This document shows, one piece after another, positions 38,759 to 50,479 of a stretch of 64,000 nucleotides of DNA; within the stretch, counting starts at the first letter, position 1, and every line of letters starts with the position of its first letter. The notes beneath the pieces are model-generated. The model was not told where the DNA came from. It saw only the letters and a list, made by a program, of their open reading frames with translations, and made no database searches. The translations under genes and the position numbers were made by a program. The DNA comes from Chiloscyllium plagiosum (taxonomy: Eukaryota). The stretch covers positions 37,816,547 to 37,880,546 of the forward strand of contig NC_057719.1 in NCBI RefSeq assembly GCF_004010195.1. Reading direction: 5' to 3'.

Positions 38759-41290
38759 TATAGGGCAAATTGGGGAATTGAGTCGGGTTGGAAGACTGTT
38801 AGTTAATGAGGTAAATTAGATTAAAGGATCCATCAATTGAGATGCTGTGGCAGGCACTTGAGGGGTATTTTAAAATATGCAGAATAGATATTAGGAGCAT
38901 CGGATTCTGGTTTGTGGGGCATTGGCACCTGTGCTGGGAAAGTGAGGTCTCAGCCAATGTGATAGTCTTGTGCTGGGCCAGTATTCTTGCCACCCATAAG
39001 ACTATGGAAGTAGCGATGGGGCAAGAGGTGAAATTTGGAAAGATGTGATCTATCAAAGAGCAGATCCAAGGCCAAAGAGAAAGTTATTTATAAGGGACGA
39101 GGTAAACCAACCACGATGGGGAGGGAAGTAATGTGTGAATCTCAGAGTAATGCGTCAGATAAGATGAGAATTTGCAAAGAGTAAAAGTAGAGGCAGTGTA
39201 TCATTACACACACAGCATTGAAAGCAAAACAAATTAACTGAGAGCACAAGTGGAAATGAAATGAATAAATATGATCTGATAGCCATCCCAGAGATATGGC
39301 TGCAGCATGACATGGATTAAGATCTCAGTATTGAAGGGTACAGGAAATATAAGAAACTAAGAAAAGGTGGTTCTGTTAGTTCATGATGGAATTAGCATAA
39401 CGGAAAGGGATGACCTGTGTTCAGGAAAGCAGGATATGGAAGTAGTTTGGCTAGAAATCAGAAATGATAAAGGCAAGGATTAACTTGTGTGAGTGGTGCA
39501 CAAGACCACCTAATAGTAACCATATGGTAGGGTGGAGCACAAAGGAAAAAATAGTGAGAGTTTAGCAGAAAAACATCATGATAATTATGGAGATGTTAAT
39601 TGATACATGGACTGGAAAATTCAAAGATATCTTGGTGAGTTTGTGGAATATCATTAGGATAGTTTCTTAAGGCAGCATGATCTCAAGTTGACCTGAGAGT
39701 AGACTATTTTGCATTGAGAGAGGATTAGTTAATGATCTTATAGTGAAGGCACCTCTAAGTAGCAGTGGCTATAATATAGTTGAATTTTATGTTCAGTTTG
39801 TAGATAAGAGGTGTGGGTTTGAAACTATTCTTTAAAACTTAACTAAGGAGAATAAAAGATCTTAAAAGCAGAACAATGAGGTAGGTTGGCAAGTTAGGTT
39901 AAAAAATACATCAATCAAAATGCTGTGGCAGGCACATGAGGGGTATTTTAAAATACACACGAATAGATATTATACACCTGAGTAAGAAATATTTCAAGGG
40001 ACAGACCGACTATCTGTTAGTAACTAGAAATTGTCAAACATAGCACCAAATGAAGGAAAATCATTTAATTATGCAAAGACAAGTGGCAAGTCAAAAGATT
40101 AGACAGAATATTAAACAAAAAACACAAACAGACCAAAAAATAATTAGAAGGCAAAGCTATCCAGAATTATAACAGTCATTCAATGAAAATAGTTAACAAA
40201 ATGAACGTTCTATGAAAAGTGAGATGGATAATTAATAAGGAAACTTGGAGAATTGGCAGATAAGTGGAATGGGTATTTTGCATCAGCCTTTACGATCGAA
40301 GATATCACGAATAGTGTTAAATCAAGAAGTAGAAGGGAAGGGGGAAGGACCTCAGGAAAATCACAATCACCATAGAAGCAGTATTGAGTAAATTGTTGGA
40401 GCTGTAGACTGACAAGTGCCTGGATTCTGATGACTTTCATCCGAGGCTGTTAAAATAAGTGGTTACTGAGATAGTTGATGTATTGGTTTTAAGTTTTCAA
40501 AGTTTCCTTGTTTCAGGATGTTCCCATTAGATGGAAGATTGTGAGTCCATCTCCTTTATTCAACGGGAAGGAAAGGAAGAGAAAGCAGAAAACTTAAAGT
40601 TAATGAAATTAACATCTGTCATCGACAAAATGTTAGAAACTATTAAAAAAGGCTACAGCAGTACACTTGGATATGTTAAAGGTAATGAGGTAGAGACAAC
40701 ATAGTTTGTGCAAGTGAAGTTTTGTTTGACCAGTCTTTTGGAGTTCTTTGAGGAGCTAAAACCTACTGTTGATAAAGAGGAACTAATGGATGTGACGTGC
40801 TTTGATTTCCGGAAGGCATTTGATAAGGTACTGCATCAAGGCTATTGCAGAAAATAAAATCTCAAAATGTAGGGAGTGACATATATTAGGATGGCTAGAA
40901 GATTGGCTAACAGGAAGCAGAGTAGACATAAATGGGTCGTTTTAAGTTAAGCAAGATGTAAAGAATAGTGTGACACAAGGATCAGTGCTGAAATCTGAAC
41001 TGTTTTCAATTTATACTTACATGAAGAGACAGAAGGTGTGGTTGCCAAATTTGCTGATGAAGCAAAGGTAGATAGCAAAATAAATTGTGAAAAGGATACA
41101 AGGAGGTTAAAAAAAATAGCGGTAGGTTAGGTGAGTGAACAAATGTATGGAATATGGAGTATAATGTATGAAAATGTGAACTTGTCCATTTTGGCAGGGA
41201 GAATAATGAAACAGCATATTATCTAAGTGGTGAGAGATTGCAAAACTCTGAGATGCATAAGGATTTGGGTGGTCTCTTGCATGAATGACA

Positions 41291-41520
41291 AAAGTTGAAA
41301 CTTTATTGCTGGAACAGCACAGCAGGTCAGGCAGCATCCAGGGAACAGGAGATTCGATGTTTCGGGCACAGGCCCTTCTTCAGGAAAGGACCTTTCCTGA
41401 AGAAGGGCCTGTGCCCGAAACGTCGAATCTCCTGTTCCCTGGATGCTGCCTGACCTGCTGTGCTGTTCCAGCAATAAAGTTTCAACTTTGATCTCCAGCA
41501 TCTGCAGACCTCACTTTCTC
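41291..41520. mobile_element. Fold-back PLE-derived insertion (family 1b): 99-bp inverted arms, 31-nt tail, 16-bp TSD
   Basis: Palindrome 41291-41489 centred on 41390 with one mismatch; TSD catgaatgacaaaagt at 41280-41295 and 41521-41536. Confidence 0.92.
41394..41427 (+). ncRNA. Minimal type I hammerhead ribozyme motif, intact core (mirror copy on the - strand)
   Basis: ttc-CTGAAGA-A-GGGC-CTGT-GCCC-GAAACGTC^gaa: stem I ttc/gaa, ACGT palindrome, predicted GUC cleavage after 41424. Confidence 0.72.
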
Positions 41521-42334
41521 CATGAATGACAAAAGTAAGGTACAACAAGTAATTCGGAAAACTAATAGAATGTAATAATTTTTTGAGAGAGAAATTGATT
41601 TCAAAAGTAGAGAGGTTAGCTTCAGTTAGACAGAGCACTGATGTGACCATGTCTGGAGTACTGAGTACAGTATTGATTACCTTATTCAAGGAAGGATTTA
41701 CATACATTGGAGGCAGTTCAGGGAAGATGTATCAAACTGATAGTTGGAATGAGTGGGTTGTCTTATGAGGATAAGTTGGACAAGCTAGGCTTGCATTTGA
41801 GTTTAGCAGAGTAATAGGTGACATTATTGTAACACGAGAGAAGTCTTGGCATGGTAGATGTGGAGAGAAAGCTTTACAAATGTCAGTGTTACAAAATAAA
41901 TGTCATCCATTTAAAACTGAGAAGAGATTTTTTTCTCAGAGGATTTTGAGTCTTTGGAACTCTTCCTGAAAAGATGTTGGGTTCATAGATCTTGAATGTT
42001 TTTAAGCCAAAGGTAGCCAGGTTCTTATTGGGCAAGTGGGTGAAAGGTTATTAGAGATTAGTGTAAATGTGGATTTGAGTTTACAATTAAATGAGCCATG
42101 ATCTTATTGAGTGGTGGAACAGAGTTGAATTTAACATTCAATTTCAGAGGCAGGAACTTGAGTCAGAAGCAACACTGCTAAGCTTGAATAGGGTTTTACA
42201 AAGGAATGAGGGCAGACTTGGGTGCAGTGGATTGTGAAAGGAGCTTAGCAGCAACGATAGTTCAGGAACAATAGCAGATATTGAAAAAACAAATCCGTTA
42301 AATGGCCTGTTCCTCTAGTTTGTATGTTCTGTCT

Positions 42335-42620
42335 TGTAGATGGTGGACAGGTATAGGAGAGGGAGCAGGTTAATTACTTATGGGATTCCTAGCCTCTAAC
42401 CTGCTATTGTAGTCACAGTATTTAGATCACTAATCCAATTCATTTTGTGGTCAATGGTAACTTTAAGGATGTTGATTTTGGAGGACTCGGCAATCATAGT
42501 GTATTAAATAGATTTGTTGGATATGGTAATTGCTTAGCATTTGTAAAGCACAATTTTTATATGCCGTTTGTCAACCCAAGCCTGGATACTGTCCAGGCCT
42601 TGCTTCGCTCTGGCATGGAA
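42335..42620 (-). mobile_element. LINE family B fragment
   Basis: Reverse-complement similarity to 22020-22320. Confidence 0.6.
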
Positions 42621-42624
42621 TTAA

Positions 42625-42860
42625 GAGGGTAATGATGACACTGAAATTACTGTCAATAGTCAGAAAACGACCTTAGCCTTTGCCAATGCCCTGGAAGGAA
42701 CCCATGAAGGAAGCTGCTGTTCTTACCTGATCTACCCCACATGTGACTTCAGACTCACAGCAATGTGGTTGACTCTTAACTTCCCTCTGGGCAATTAAGG
42801 ATGGGCAAGAAACACTGGCCCAGCCAGCAATGCTCACATCCCTTGAATAAAGTAAATAAA
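42625..42860 (+). mobile_element. Family B SINE-like element
   Basis: catgtgacttcagactcacagcaatgtggttgactcttaac...ggcccagccagcaatgctcacatccc tail. Confidence 0.7.
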
Positions 42861-42889
42861 ATATTACATGCAGGTTTACCCTCAAGATT

Positions 42890-43545
42890 TATTTTCTGGG
42901 TTTTTTTGGTTTCTTTTGTTAGATTTTAAAACTTTCTGGTTTACCTCTCAATTTTGCTACATTTGTTTTTCTTTCAATTTGATACTATCCTTAATTTCTC
43001 CGATTAGCTCTCATTGGCTTATGTAGACAGTTTCTTCCTCATTGGAATGTACCTTTGCTGTGAAGCTTGGATTCGTTTTTTCAATATCTGCTAAACTCCT
43101 TTCACAATCCACTGCACCCAAGTCTGCACTCATTCCCTTTTAAAACCTTATTCAAGCTTAGCAGTGTTGTTTCTGACTCAAGTTCCTGCCTCTGAAATTG
43201 AATGTTAAATTCAACCATGCTCTGATCTCACTTTACTAGGGGGCATTTTACTGTGATATCATCTGTTAAAACTTGCATCATTGCACATCACCAGATCCAA
43301 AATAGCCTGCTGCCTGGTTGGATTCGCAATACATTGTTCAAGGAAACTGTCCTGAAAACATTGAATTCTTCCTCATGGTTTTTTTTCTCTGCCAATCTGA
43401 GCATCCCAATCTCCAAGAAGATTAAGGTCATCCCTGATGAGTGTGCTGTCTTTGTTACATGCCCTCATTATCTCTTCATTTGTTCTCTGTCCCACCAATT
43501 TAGCTACTATTAAGGGGCCTAGAGACACCTACTGGTTGATTATCC
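42890..43545 (-). mobile_element. Old CR1 ORF2 (APE-region) fragment
   Basis: Degenerate reverse-strand APE motifs; part of it is duplicated, inverted, at 42123-42296. Confidence 0.6.
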
Positions 43546-44704
43546 TTCCCTGCTGCCTACTTATTATTTATACACTTAATAGTTTATAGGAACAAATAAT
43601 TTGATTAGTTTTTGTCTGTGTGAAACAGGGCATGTATGTGATAATTTCTGGTGTCCTTGTTTACAGTCATTATGCAGATTTAGTGGGCCGTCTTGAGTGT
43701 TCTGTGTGAAGGCAGCTTTTTGGCGCATTGAGAGATGCTGCTATATAGAATCGAATATTTGTTGCTGCAGATCATGCAAATTAAACATAGATTCTTGAAT
43801 ATGAAGGAAATAAGATGTTTTATGGGTAGCTTAACATTACTATTCAACAAGCAAAATCGAAAGTCTTTTTTCTCATTGCTTTAATCATTAGTTTATCACT
43901 TGAGATGATCTGAGAGTAGTTCCTTGTCATAATCCAAAAATAGTCTTGACAGACTGAACAAAATTCATTCCGTAGCTTAGTCATGGCCTCCTTCATTAAT
44001 TTGAAAACGCAAAAACAAACTTTAAAGTTATATAATAGTGCTTCAACTAATCAAATGAAGATTTATTACAGTACTTGTAGCTATACAGAATTCATAAATT
44101 ATCAATAATCTTCAATGTATCAGCAGAAATAGAAATGGAATGTAAAGCTGGGGAATTGTTGATGATTTTATTTGTCGGTGGAAGAGCTCGTGGGCATTCT
44201 TCTATCGAGAGAGCTTACTGTGTGTTGCAGCATACCTCAAATGGAAAACTTAAACAGTGTTGCAGAGTAGGTGTTATCCGACCCTGTGCTTTGGATCATG
44301 GTGACGTTGTTTAAAATCAAAACATTTTAACAGCTGTGTCATCATGTGATTAGTCTAGTGATAGCCAAAGCGTATGACATGTGACATTTTGATAACTGCT
44401 GATGTAGTAACCTTGCGTGAAAATATCTAAATGCCAAGTTGTGTCCACTATTCAAGGTTTTTTTCACATTCTGTATGATTTAAGGTAGATTATTGAATCT
44501 TTCATAAGCTATTGTGAACCATTGTCCAATTGTCATAGTAATCTGATTATTTTACGTCTTGCATGCTTAAGTCTACATGTTTCTAAACTGAGCAGCGATT
44601 CACTTGTAGTAAAATCAGTGATTTCACAGAGGGAGAAAAAAGTGTATATGTACGCACATGTGCACATGCTCAAGCTTACATAGACGCTTGGATCTATTCA
44701 TAGC

Positions 44705-45108
44705 TGGGGCCTCATTCAGTTGACAACATTATAACCTAAGTCAGAAAATGGAGTGTTGAATTCTCACAAGTATAGTGTTCCTTGTTCCCTCTTTAGTGCT
44801 GAGATGCGATAATTGACAGGCACTATCTTTTGACTGAGAAGTTACAAGGAGTCTTCTCTGCTTACTGTGGTGATTGAGACATGTACAAACAATCCCATAG
44901 TACTATTGCAAAGCAATGAGGAATTACAGCCATTATTCCTCCCTCAATGTAAACTATTAAAACTGGCTTACCCACTATTTTATCTAATTTCTGTTGTGAG
45001 CGTCTTCGTGTGCCAAGGATAACTGCTGCATTCAACTAAAATGTGTGAGCTTCCAAATCAGTTATTTGATTGCTTTATTCTGAGGCCATTCCTATATAAA
45101 TTGAAGTT
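44705..45108 (+). mobile_element. Old Deu-domain SINE
   Basis: Similar to the reverse complement of 62068-62382; ends ctatataaattgaag. Confidence 0.55.
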
Positions 45109-45594
45109 TATTTTTAAAAAGAAGCATGCTTAAATTACTGCATGCAATCTACATCAGCCATACCAGTACAACTATGAAATACTTCTTAGAGACACTAGTT
45201 TAGTGATTTCCTTTTTATGTCAGTAAAAATGCATCATGTTTCAACATCTCTGCTTTATAACACAGTTATATTTACAAACCAATTCACTCTATGCACATAG
45301 TTGAAAAAGCATTCCAGAGACAAATGGAAAGAATTTGTCGTTGCTGAACCATGATGCTGCTGATGGAATGTTAACCTTGAAATATTTAGCTGTATGCAGC
45401 TTTTGAAATGCTGCTTCTGGCTAAGTCATATGAAATACTATACAGTATAATGATAGCTATTCTAGTATTTGTACCATGATACTTCTGTCAGTGTGGTGAA
45501 AGTTCTTTTTTGTCTCTTAAACTGTCTGTTCCTGTAGCAAAGCTTATTATTTAAATTGAAATTTAAATTGCCTCTGTTCAGTGAACACTGTCTA

Positions 45595-46400
45595 AATTAC
45601 GTTATATTGAGAAAGTAGTGGTGAGCTGCTGCCCTGATCTGCTGCAGTCTTTGGAATGTAGGGGCATCTGCAGTGCTGCTGGAAGGGAGTTTCAGGATTT
45701 TTACCAGCATTAGTGAAGGAATAGTGAAATTTCGACTCAGAATGGTGTGTGGTTTGGAGGGAAACTTACAGGAATTCCCATGCGTCTTGTCCTTCTGGTG
45801 GTAAAGGTTGTGAGCTAAGAAGGTGCTGTCAGAGGAGCTTTGGTGAATTACTGTGGTGTGTCTTGTAGACAGAACACTGTATGTTGATGGTGAAAGGGAT
45901 GAATATTGGAAGGTAGTGGATGTGGTACCAATAAAGGGGGTGTTTTGTCCTGAATTGGAGCTCCTTGTACGTTCTTGATTTGTACCATGCAGCCAAGTGG
46001 AAATTATGCCATCATATTCATGCCTTGTGCTTTGTAGATGATAGATGAGTAGTGGGGATCCAGGAGCTAAAATATTCTCCACAGAAGTCCTAGCACCAGA
46101 CCTGCACTCGTAGCCATGGTATAGAGTAGATCCAGAGGTAAAAACAATGACTACAGATGCTGGAAACCAGATTCTGGATTAGTGGTGCTGGAAGAGCACA
46201 GCAGTTCAGGCAGCATCCAAGGAGCTTTGAAATCGACGTTTCGGGCAAAAGCCCTTCATCAGGAATAAAGGCAGTGAGCCTGGATCCAGTTCAGTTTCCA
46301 GTCAGTAGTAACCCCTAAAATGTTGACAATGGGTTTTCAACATATAATACCATTGAACATCAAGAGTATTCTCTCTCATTGGAGATGGACATTATCTAAT
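45595..46400 (-). mobile_element. LINE family B fragment hosting a PLE-terminus insertion
   Basis: Reverse-complement similarity to 22080-22750. Confidence 0.7.
46134..46282 (-). mobile_element. Short PLE 3'-terminus insertion (family 1a) with an intact hammerhead core
   Basis: Nearly identical to the reverse complement of 5456-5604; reads CTGATGA-AGGGC-TTTT-GCCC-GAAACGTC. Flanked by gatccag at 46129-46135 and 46283-46289. Confidence 0.85.
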
Positions 46401-47190
46401 ATTGTATTCTTCTTAGTTTATCTTTACGCATTCTTTGCTCCCCTTTGGGGAAATTGGGGAAGTGGTGGAAGAATTCATTGGCCATGGAATAAGAATTCAT
46501 TTGGCCTAGAAGTCCGGGTGGGGATGGAACACAGAACTTCTGGCTGAGACAGATACTATCACTACTACAGTACCTCCAAATAAAGTATATTGAGCTGAAC
46601 ATATCACCCTGGCTTTCTACAGAATTCAAATAAGTCTGCCTTATCAACTACTCTCTACATCTCTACGAAAGATGGTTATTTGCAGTATGAAGTTAACTGA
46701 TCTTTAGTCTCTAACATCTAAGATATGTTATTTCCAAGGAAAACTGAAACTACATCAAAGCATTTCTTTTCAGGAATATTTTTCATCCTACTTCAAATAG
46801 TTCCTTTTGTCTGCTAGGTGCAAGTACTATTTGTGGGGCTTAGCTGTTCTAGCTATAGTGAAATGATGGCACAGGTAATTCTGCAGATAATCATTGTTTT
46901 AGGTTATACTTGTCCATATCCTTTAGTTTCCTAAACATTTGCTGGAGCCTTAGGTAGTTGGTGAAAATAGAGCAGAATAAAATGATGCAGGTTAACAACT
47001 GCATTTGCTTTCCTCTCTCACTGTCACTTTCGCTGTCAATTTTTCTCTCCTGCTTTGAGATTTAACTTCTCTCCAGCATTTAATATCACTTCCAACTATG
47101 TTTCTTATCTAAAACTTCAGTGCTAAGTGCTTTATTTTCAGATGCAGAATTGCTGCATTCTGTGTGACTAAATATTTTTCCTCTCTTCAG

Positions 47191-47339
47191 GCAGTATAAA
47201 ACTATCAAGCTTAGCATGTGGAGGGCAGCACGTATGGGCTTGTGATGTTGATGGAATTATTTACTTCCGCGTGGGGACACAACCATTGAACCCCAGCATG
47301 ATGCTTCCTGCTTGGATAACCATTGAGCCGCCAGAACAG
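47191..47339 (+). CDS. TECPR2: TECPR2 exon J (149 nt); the next exon was not found in the window
   Basis: Acceptor ctctcttcag|GC, donor CAG|gtaagc. Translates (G)SIKLSSLACGGQHVWACDVDGIIYFRVGTQPLNPSMMLPAWITIEPPEQ. Confidence 0.96.
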
Positions 47340-47709
47340 GTAAGCACCTAAAATATATATCTATCTTCATTTTGCTTATTATAGCAAAGGATGTCTGTAA
47401 TGGGAACTGAACTGCTTCTGCACTTTGGAAACCCAGCATTAAGAATATCTAGCTTATGTGTAAAGGTATGTGTCAAATTCATTGTTGACTACTCTAATAT
47501 TACACCTTAACAAAAAAAAATTCAATAAATACATCGGTGTCATTTTTTTAACTTCCCAAATTAGCCCTGTTTATCATTTCTCAGTCACTCGTCATTAGGG
47601 AAAGTTTTGCACTGCACTGAGAAGCTCCAATTGCATTTCTTCTGAAAAAATGAGACTCCACACACACACACAGCTATTTGCAGGATCATTGAGCTTGTTC
47701 AGCAGTAAT

Positions 47710-48360
47710 TATCATAGTGCCACAGAACTGTTACAGTGCAGGCTGAGGCCATTCGACGCATCATTCCTGCACCAGTTCTATTACCTTGTGCCAATCTGCT
47801 GTATTTTCCCCATATCTCTACATACTATTCCTACCCAAATAATCATCCAATGTCCACTTGGATGCTTCAATTGGACCCGTCTCCATCACATTTGCAGGCA
47901 GTGCATTCCATACCTTAACTACTTACTCATATCACCCATGTTGTCAATTTGCTACATTTGCACATCACTTTAAGCCTGTGCCCTCTAGTTCTTTTCTTCT
48001 GATATGAGCAGGAAAAGTTTCTTCCTGTCTATTCTATCTGGCCCGTTCATGATTTTGAAACCTCAACCAGATCACCTCTTAAGGAGAACAGTCTCAACGT
48101 TTTCAATCTATCCTCATAATTAAAGTTGCCTATTCCTGGAACCCATTCTTATAAATTACTTCTGCGTGTGCTTCAATACATTCACATTTTTCTGTAATGT
48201 GCTGCCCACTCTGTACACAATACTTCACCTTGTAATTTCAATACCACCTCGTTGCTCTTGTATTCTATACTCCTATTAAAGCGGAGGACACTATGCTTTA
48301 TTAACTGCTTTCTCCACCTCTTATGCCACCTTCAATGAGTTCCGTTCATATGTACCCATC
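47710..48360 (-). mobile_element. Old CR1 3' fragment
   Basis: Degenerate reverse-strand CR1 3' UTR and ORF2 end. Confidence 0.65.
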
Positions 48361-48480
48361 TCCTACTGCTCATGCACCTTTAAGAAGTGTACTCCTTATA
48401 ATTTGTAGGAAATCTCTGTTGAGCTCTGTTGCATTTAAAAGGAAGGTACAGAATTACAAGGGAGAAGGGTGTAGAGTCAT

Positions 48481-48702
48481 AGAGGTAAAAACAATGACTG
48501 CAGATGCTGGAAACCAGATTCTGGATTAGTGGTGCTGGAAGAGCACAGCAGTTCAGGCAGCATCTAAGGAGCAGCAAAATCGACGTTTCGGGCAAAAGCC
48601 CTTCATCATTCCTGATGAAGGGCTTTTGCCCGAAACGTCGATTTCGCTGCTCCTTAGATGCTGCCTGAACTGCTGTGCTCTTCCAGCACCACTAATCCAG
48701 AA
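48481..48702. mobile_element. Fold-back PLE-derived insertion (family 1a): 90-bp arms, 38-nt tail, TSD
   Basis: Arms 48519-48608 and 48613-48702, loop ttcc, one mismatch. gtagagtca duplicated at 48471-48479 and 48704-48712. Confidence 0.9.
48609..48642 (+). ncRNA. Minimal hammerhead ribozyme motif, intact core
   Basis: tc-CTGATGA-A-GGGC-TTTT-GCCC-GAAACGTC^ga. Confidence 0.68.
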
Positions 48703-48703
48703 A

Positions 48704-49292
48704 GTAGAGTCACAGCATCGTAGGGATGTACAGCACAGAAACAGTCCCTTCGGTCCAACCCGTCCATGCCGACCAGATATCCCAAACCAATCTAGTCCCC
48801 CTTGCCAGTACCTGACCCATTTACTTCTAAACCCTTCCTATTCGTATTCCCATCCAGATGCCATTTAAATGTTGCAATTGTACCAGCCTCCACCATTTCC
48901 TCTGGCAGCTCATTCCATACCCGTACCACTCTCTGTGTGCAAAAGGTTGGCCCTTAGGTCCCTTTTATATCTTTCCCCTCTCAGCCTAAATCTTATCCCT
49001 CTAGTTCTGGACTCCCCCCTCCCCTACCCCAGAGAAGAGACTTTGTCTGATTCCTGAAGAAGGGCTTATGCCCGAAACGTCGATTCTCCTGTTCCCTGGA
49101 TGCTGCCTGACCTGCTGCGTTTTTCCAGCAACACATTTTCAGCTCTGATCTCCAGCATCTGCAGTCCTCACTTTCTCCACTTTGTCTGTTTATCCTATCC
49201 ATGCTTCTCTTAATTTTGTAAACTTCTATAAGGTCACCCCTCAGTCTCCGATGCTCCAGGGAAAACAGCCCCAGCCTATTCAACCTCTCCTG
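48704..49292 (-). mobile_element. CR1 3' fragment, interrupted at 49050-49178
   Basis: NRLGLFSLEHRRLRGDLIEVYKI plus 3' UTR. Confidence 0.9.
49050..49178 (+). mobile_element. 129-bp PLE-terminus insertion (family 1b) beginning at a hammerhead motif, with a 10-bp TSD
   Basis: attc-CTGAAGA-A-GGGC-TTAT-GCCC-GAAACGTC; TSD actttgtctg at 49040-49049 and 49179-49188. Confidence 0.9.
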
Positions 49293-49319
49293 ACCTAAAC
49301 AGTCTGCTTATATATAATA

Positions 49320-49530
49320 AATCAAAGAACTACCGATACTGGAATTCTGAAACAAAAACAGAAATTGCTGGAAAACTCAGCAAATCTGGCATAATCTTTG
49401 CAGAGAGAGCAGAGTTAACATTTTAAGAAGGTGAGTTCTTCAGAATTGATAGTAGCAGTATATAAAGGTGGTATATAAGCTGAAGACAAGGAGTGGGAGT
49501 GTGGGGAAGGAGTGAATGAATAGGTGGCAA
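49320..49530 (-). mobile_element. Old PLE-terminus-like repeat (family 3)
   Basis: Similar to 2068-2168 (gctggaaaactcagc...cagagttaacatttt...ttcttcagaa), plus a purine-rich extension. Confidence 0.55.
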
Positions 49531-50479
49531 TGGAGTCCAGAAGACCTGCATCTGTACTTTGAAATTTTATTCCATTCTAATTCCTTAGCCTGGTCAATTT
49601 GCTACTTGTTCCCTCTTGTTGTATATTGCTTAGATTTAAATAGCAACACAGAGTGAGTACAGTGATGTCACTGATTGCATTTGAAGCTGTGAACCATAAT
49701 TTATTTTTCCAACGTTCCATTCTTTCATTTCCCCATACTAAAATCCACTTTTCTCATTGCTTGAGATCAGTAAGTATTGTCTCATTTGGAGCTGTGATTC
49801 CATAAGTGCAGTTTTTTTTGTGTGTAACCTTAGAGATTTGGGTAGCCTGTTTGACTGCAAAAAGTGAGCACAGTTTTTACCTTTGCCAGCATCGGTATGC
49901 ACACTTTACAGTAGAGGATTGTAAATGTGACCCAAATGATAGAACATAAAGACTGGTGGATTACTTTTCCCATTATCAAATTCAGGTCACTGAGGATAAT
50001 TGTAGCTTCTGCTATATTTCACTGGTTGAGATCAATTAAATTTACTACAGAGAATAGGTACTTTTTAAATTTATATCATTTACTGAAACTCTGAATAATT
50101 TACTTTGAAGGATACCCTAAAGTCTATTTTTAAAGCTTAATATTAAAATAAGCCTGTTCGTGAGTCATATTAAAGTTCAAACCATACTTAGAGTAAAATA
50201 TTCATACTGAGGACCAAATGGTATTCCTGATAGCTTTATTTAGAAACAGCACTGGCATTGTTTCACAACGCAAGTCCGCAAGTTGGCTACATTGAAGATG
50301 GTATGGAAATCTATGTCACTTGTAAATGTAACTCTTACACCACATTTTGTCCTAACTACTGCATGGCTTTGTAACTGATGCAAGTGATTTTCAGTACACC
50401 TTGGGTTTTCTGCACCTGTACAGATCAACTTTATCCAGAGTAACTGTTGCAAAGTTAATTAAGATTGTGGATCTCAGAC

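Larger units (their letters stand above)
39170..42120 (+). mobile_element. Old near-full-length CR1 ORF2 (APE to 3' UTR), heavily decayed
   Basis: Degenerate APE (IAIPEIWL, RPPNS), DFRKAFDKV, QGSVL, KFADEAK and the 3' end. Hosts the 41280-41536 insertion. Confidence 0.8.

Noticed and set aside
41107..41707. Near-identical ORFs on both strands (KVETLLLEQHSRSGS...), and likewise at 48380-48868
   Set aside because: They arise from the DNA palindromes and are not genes.
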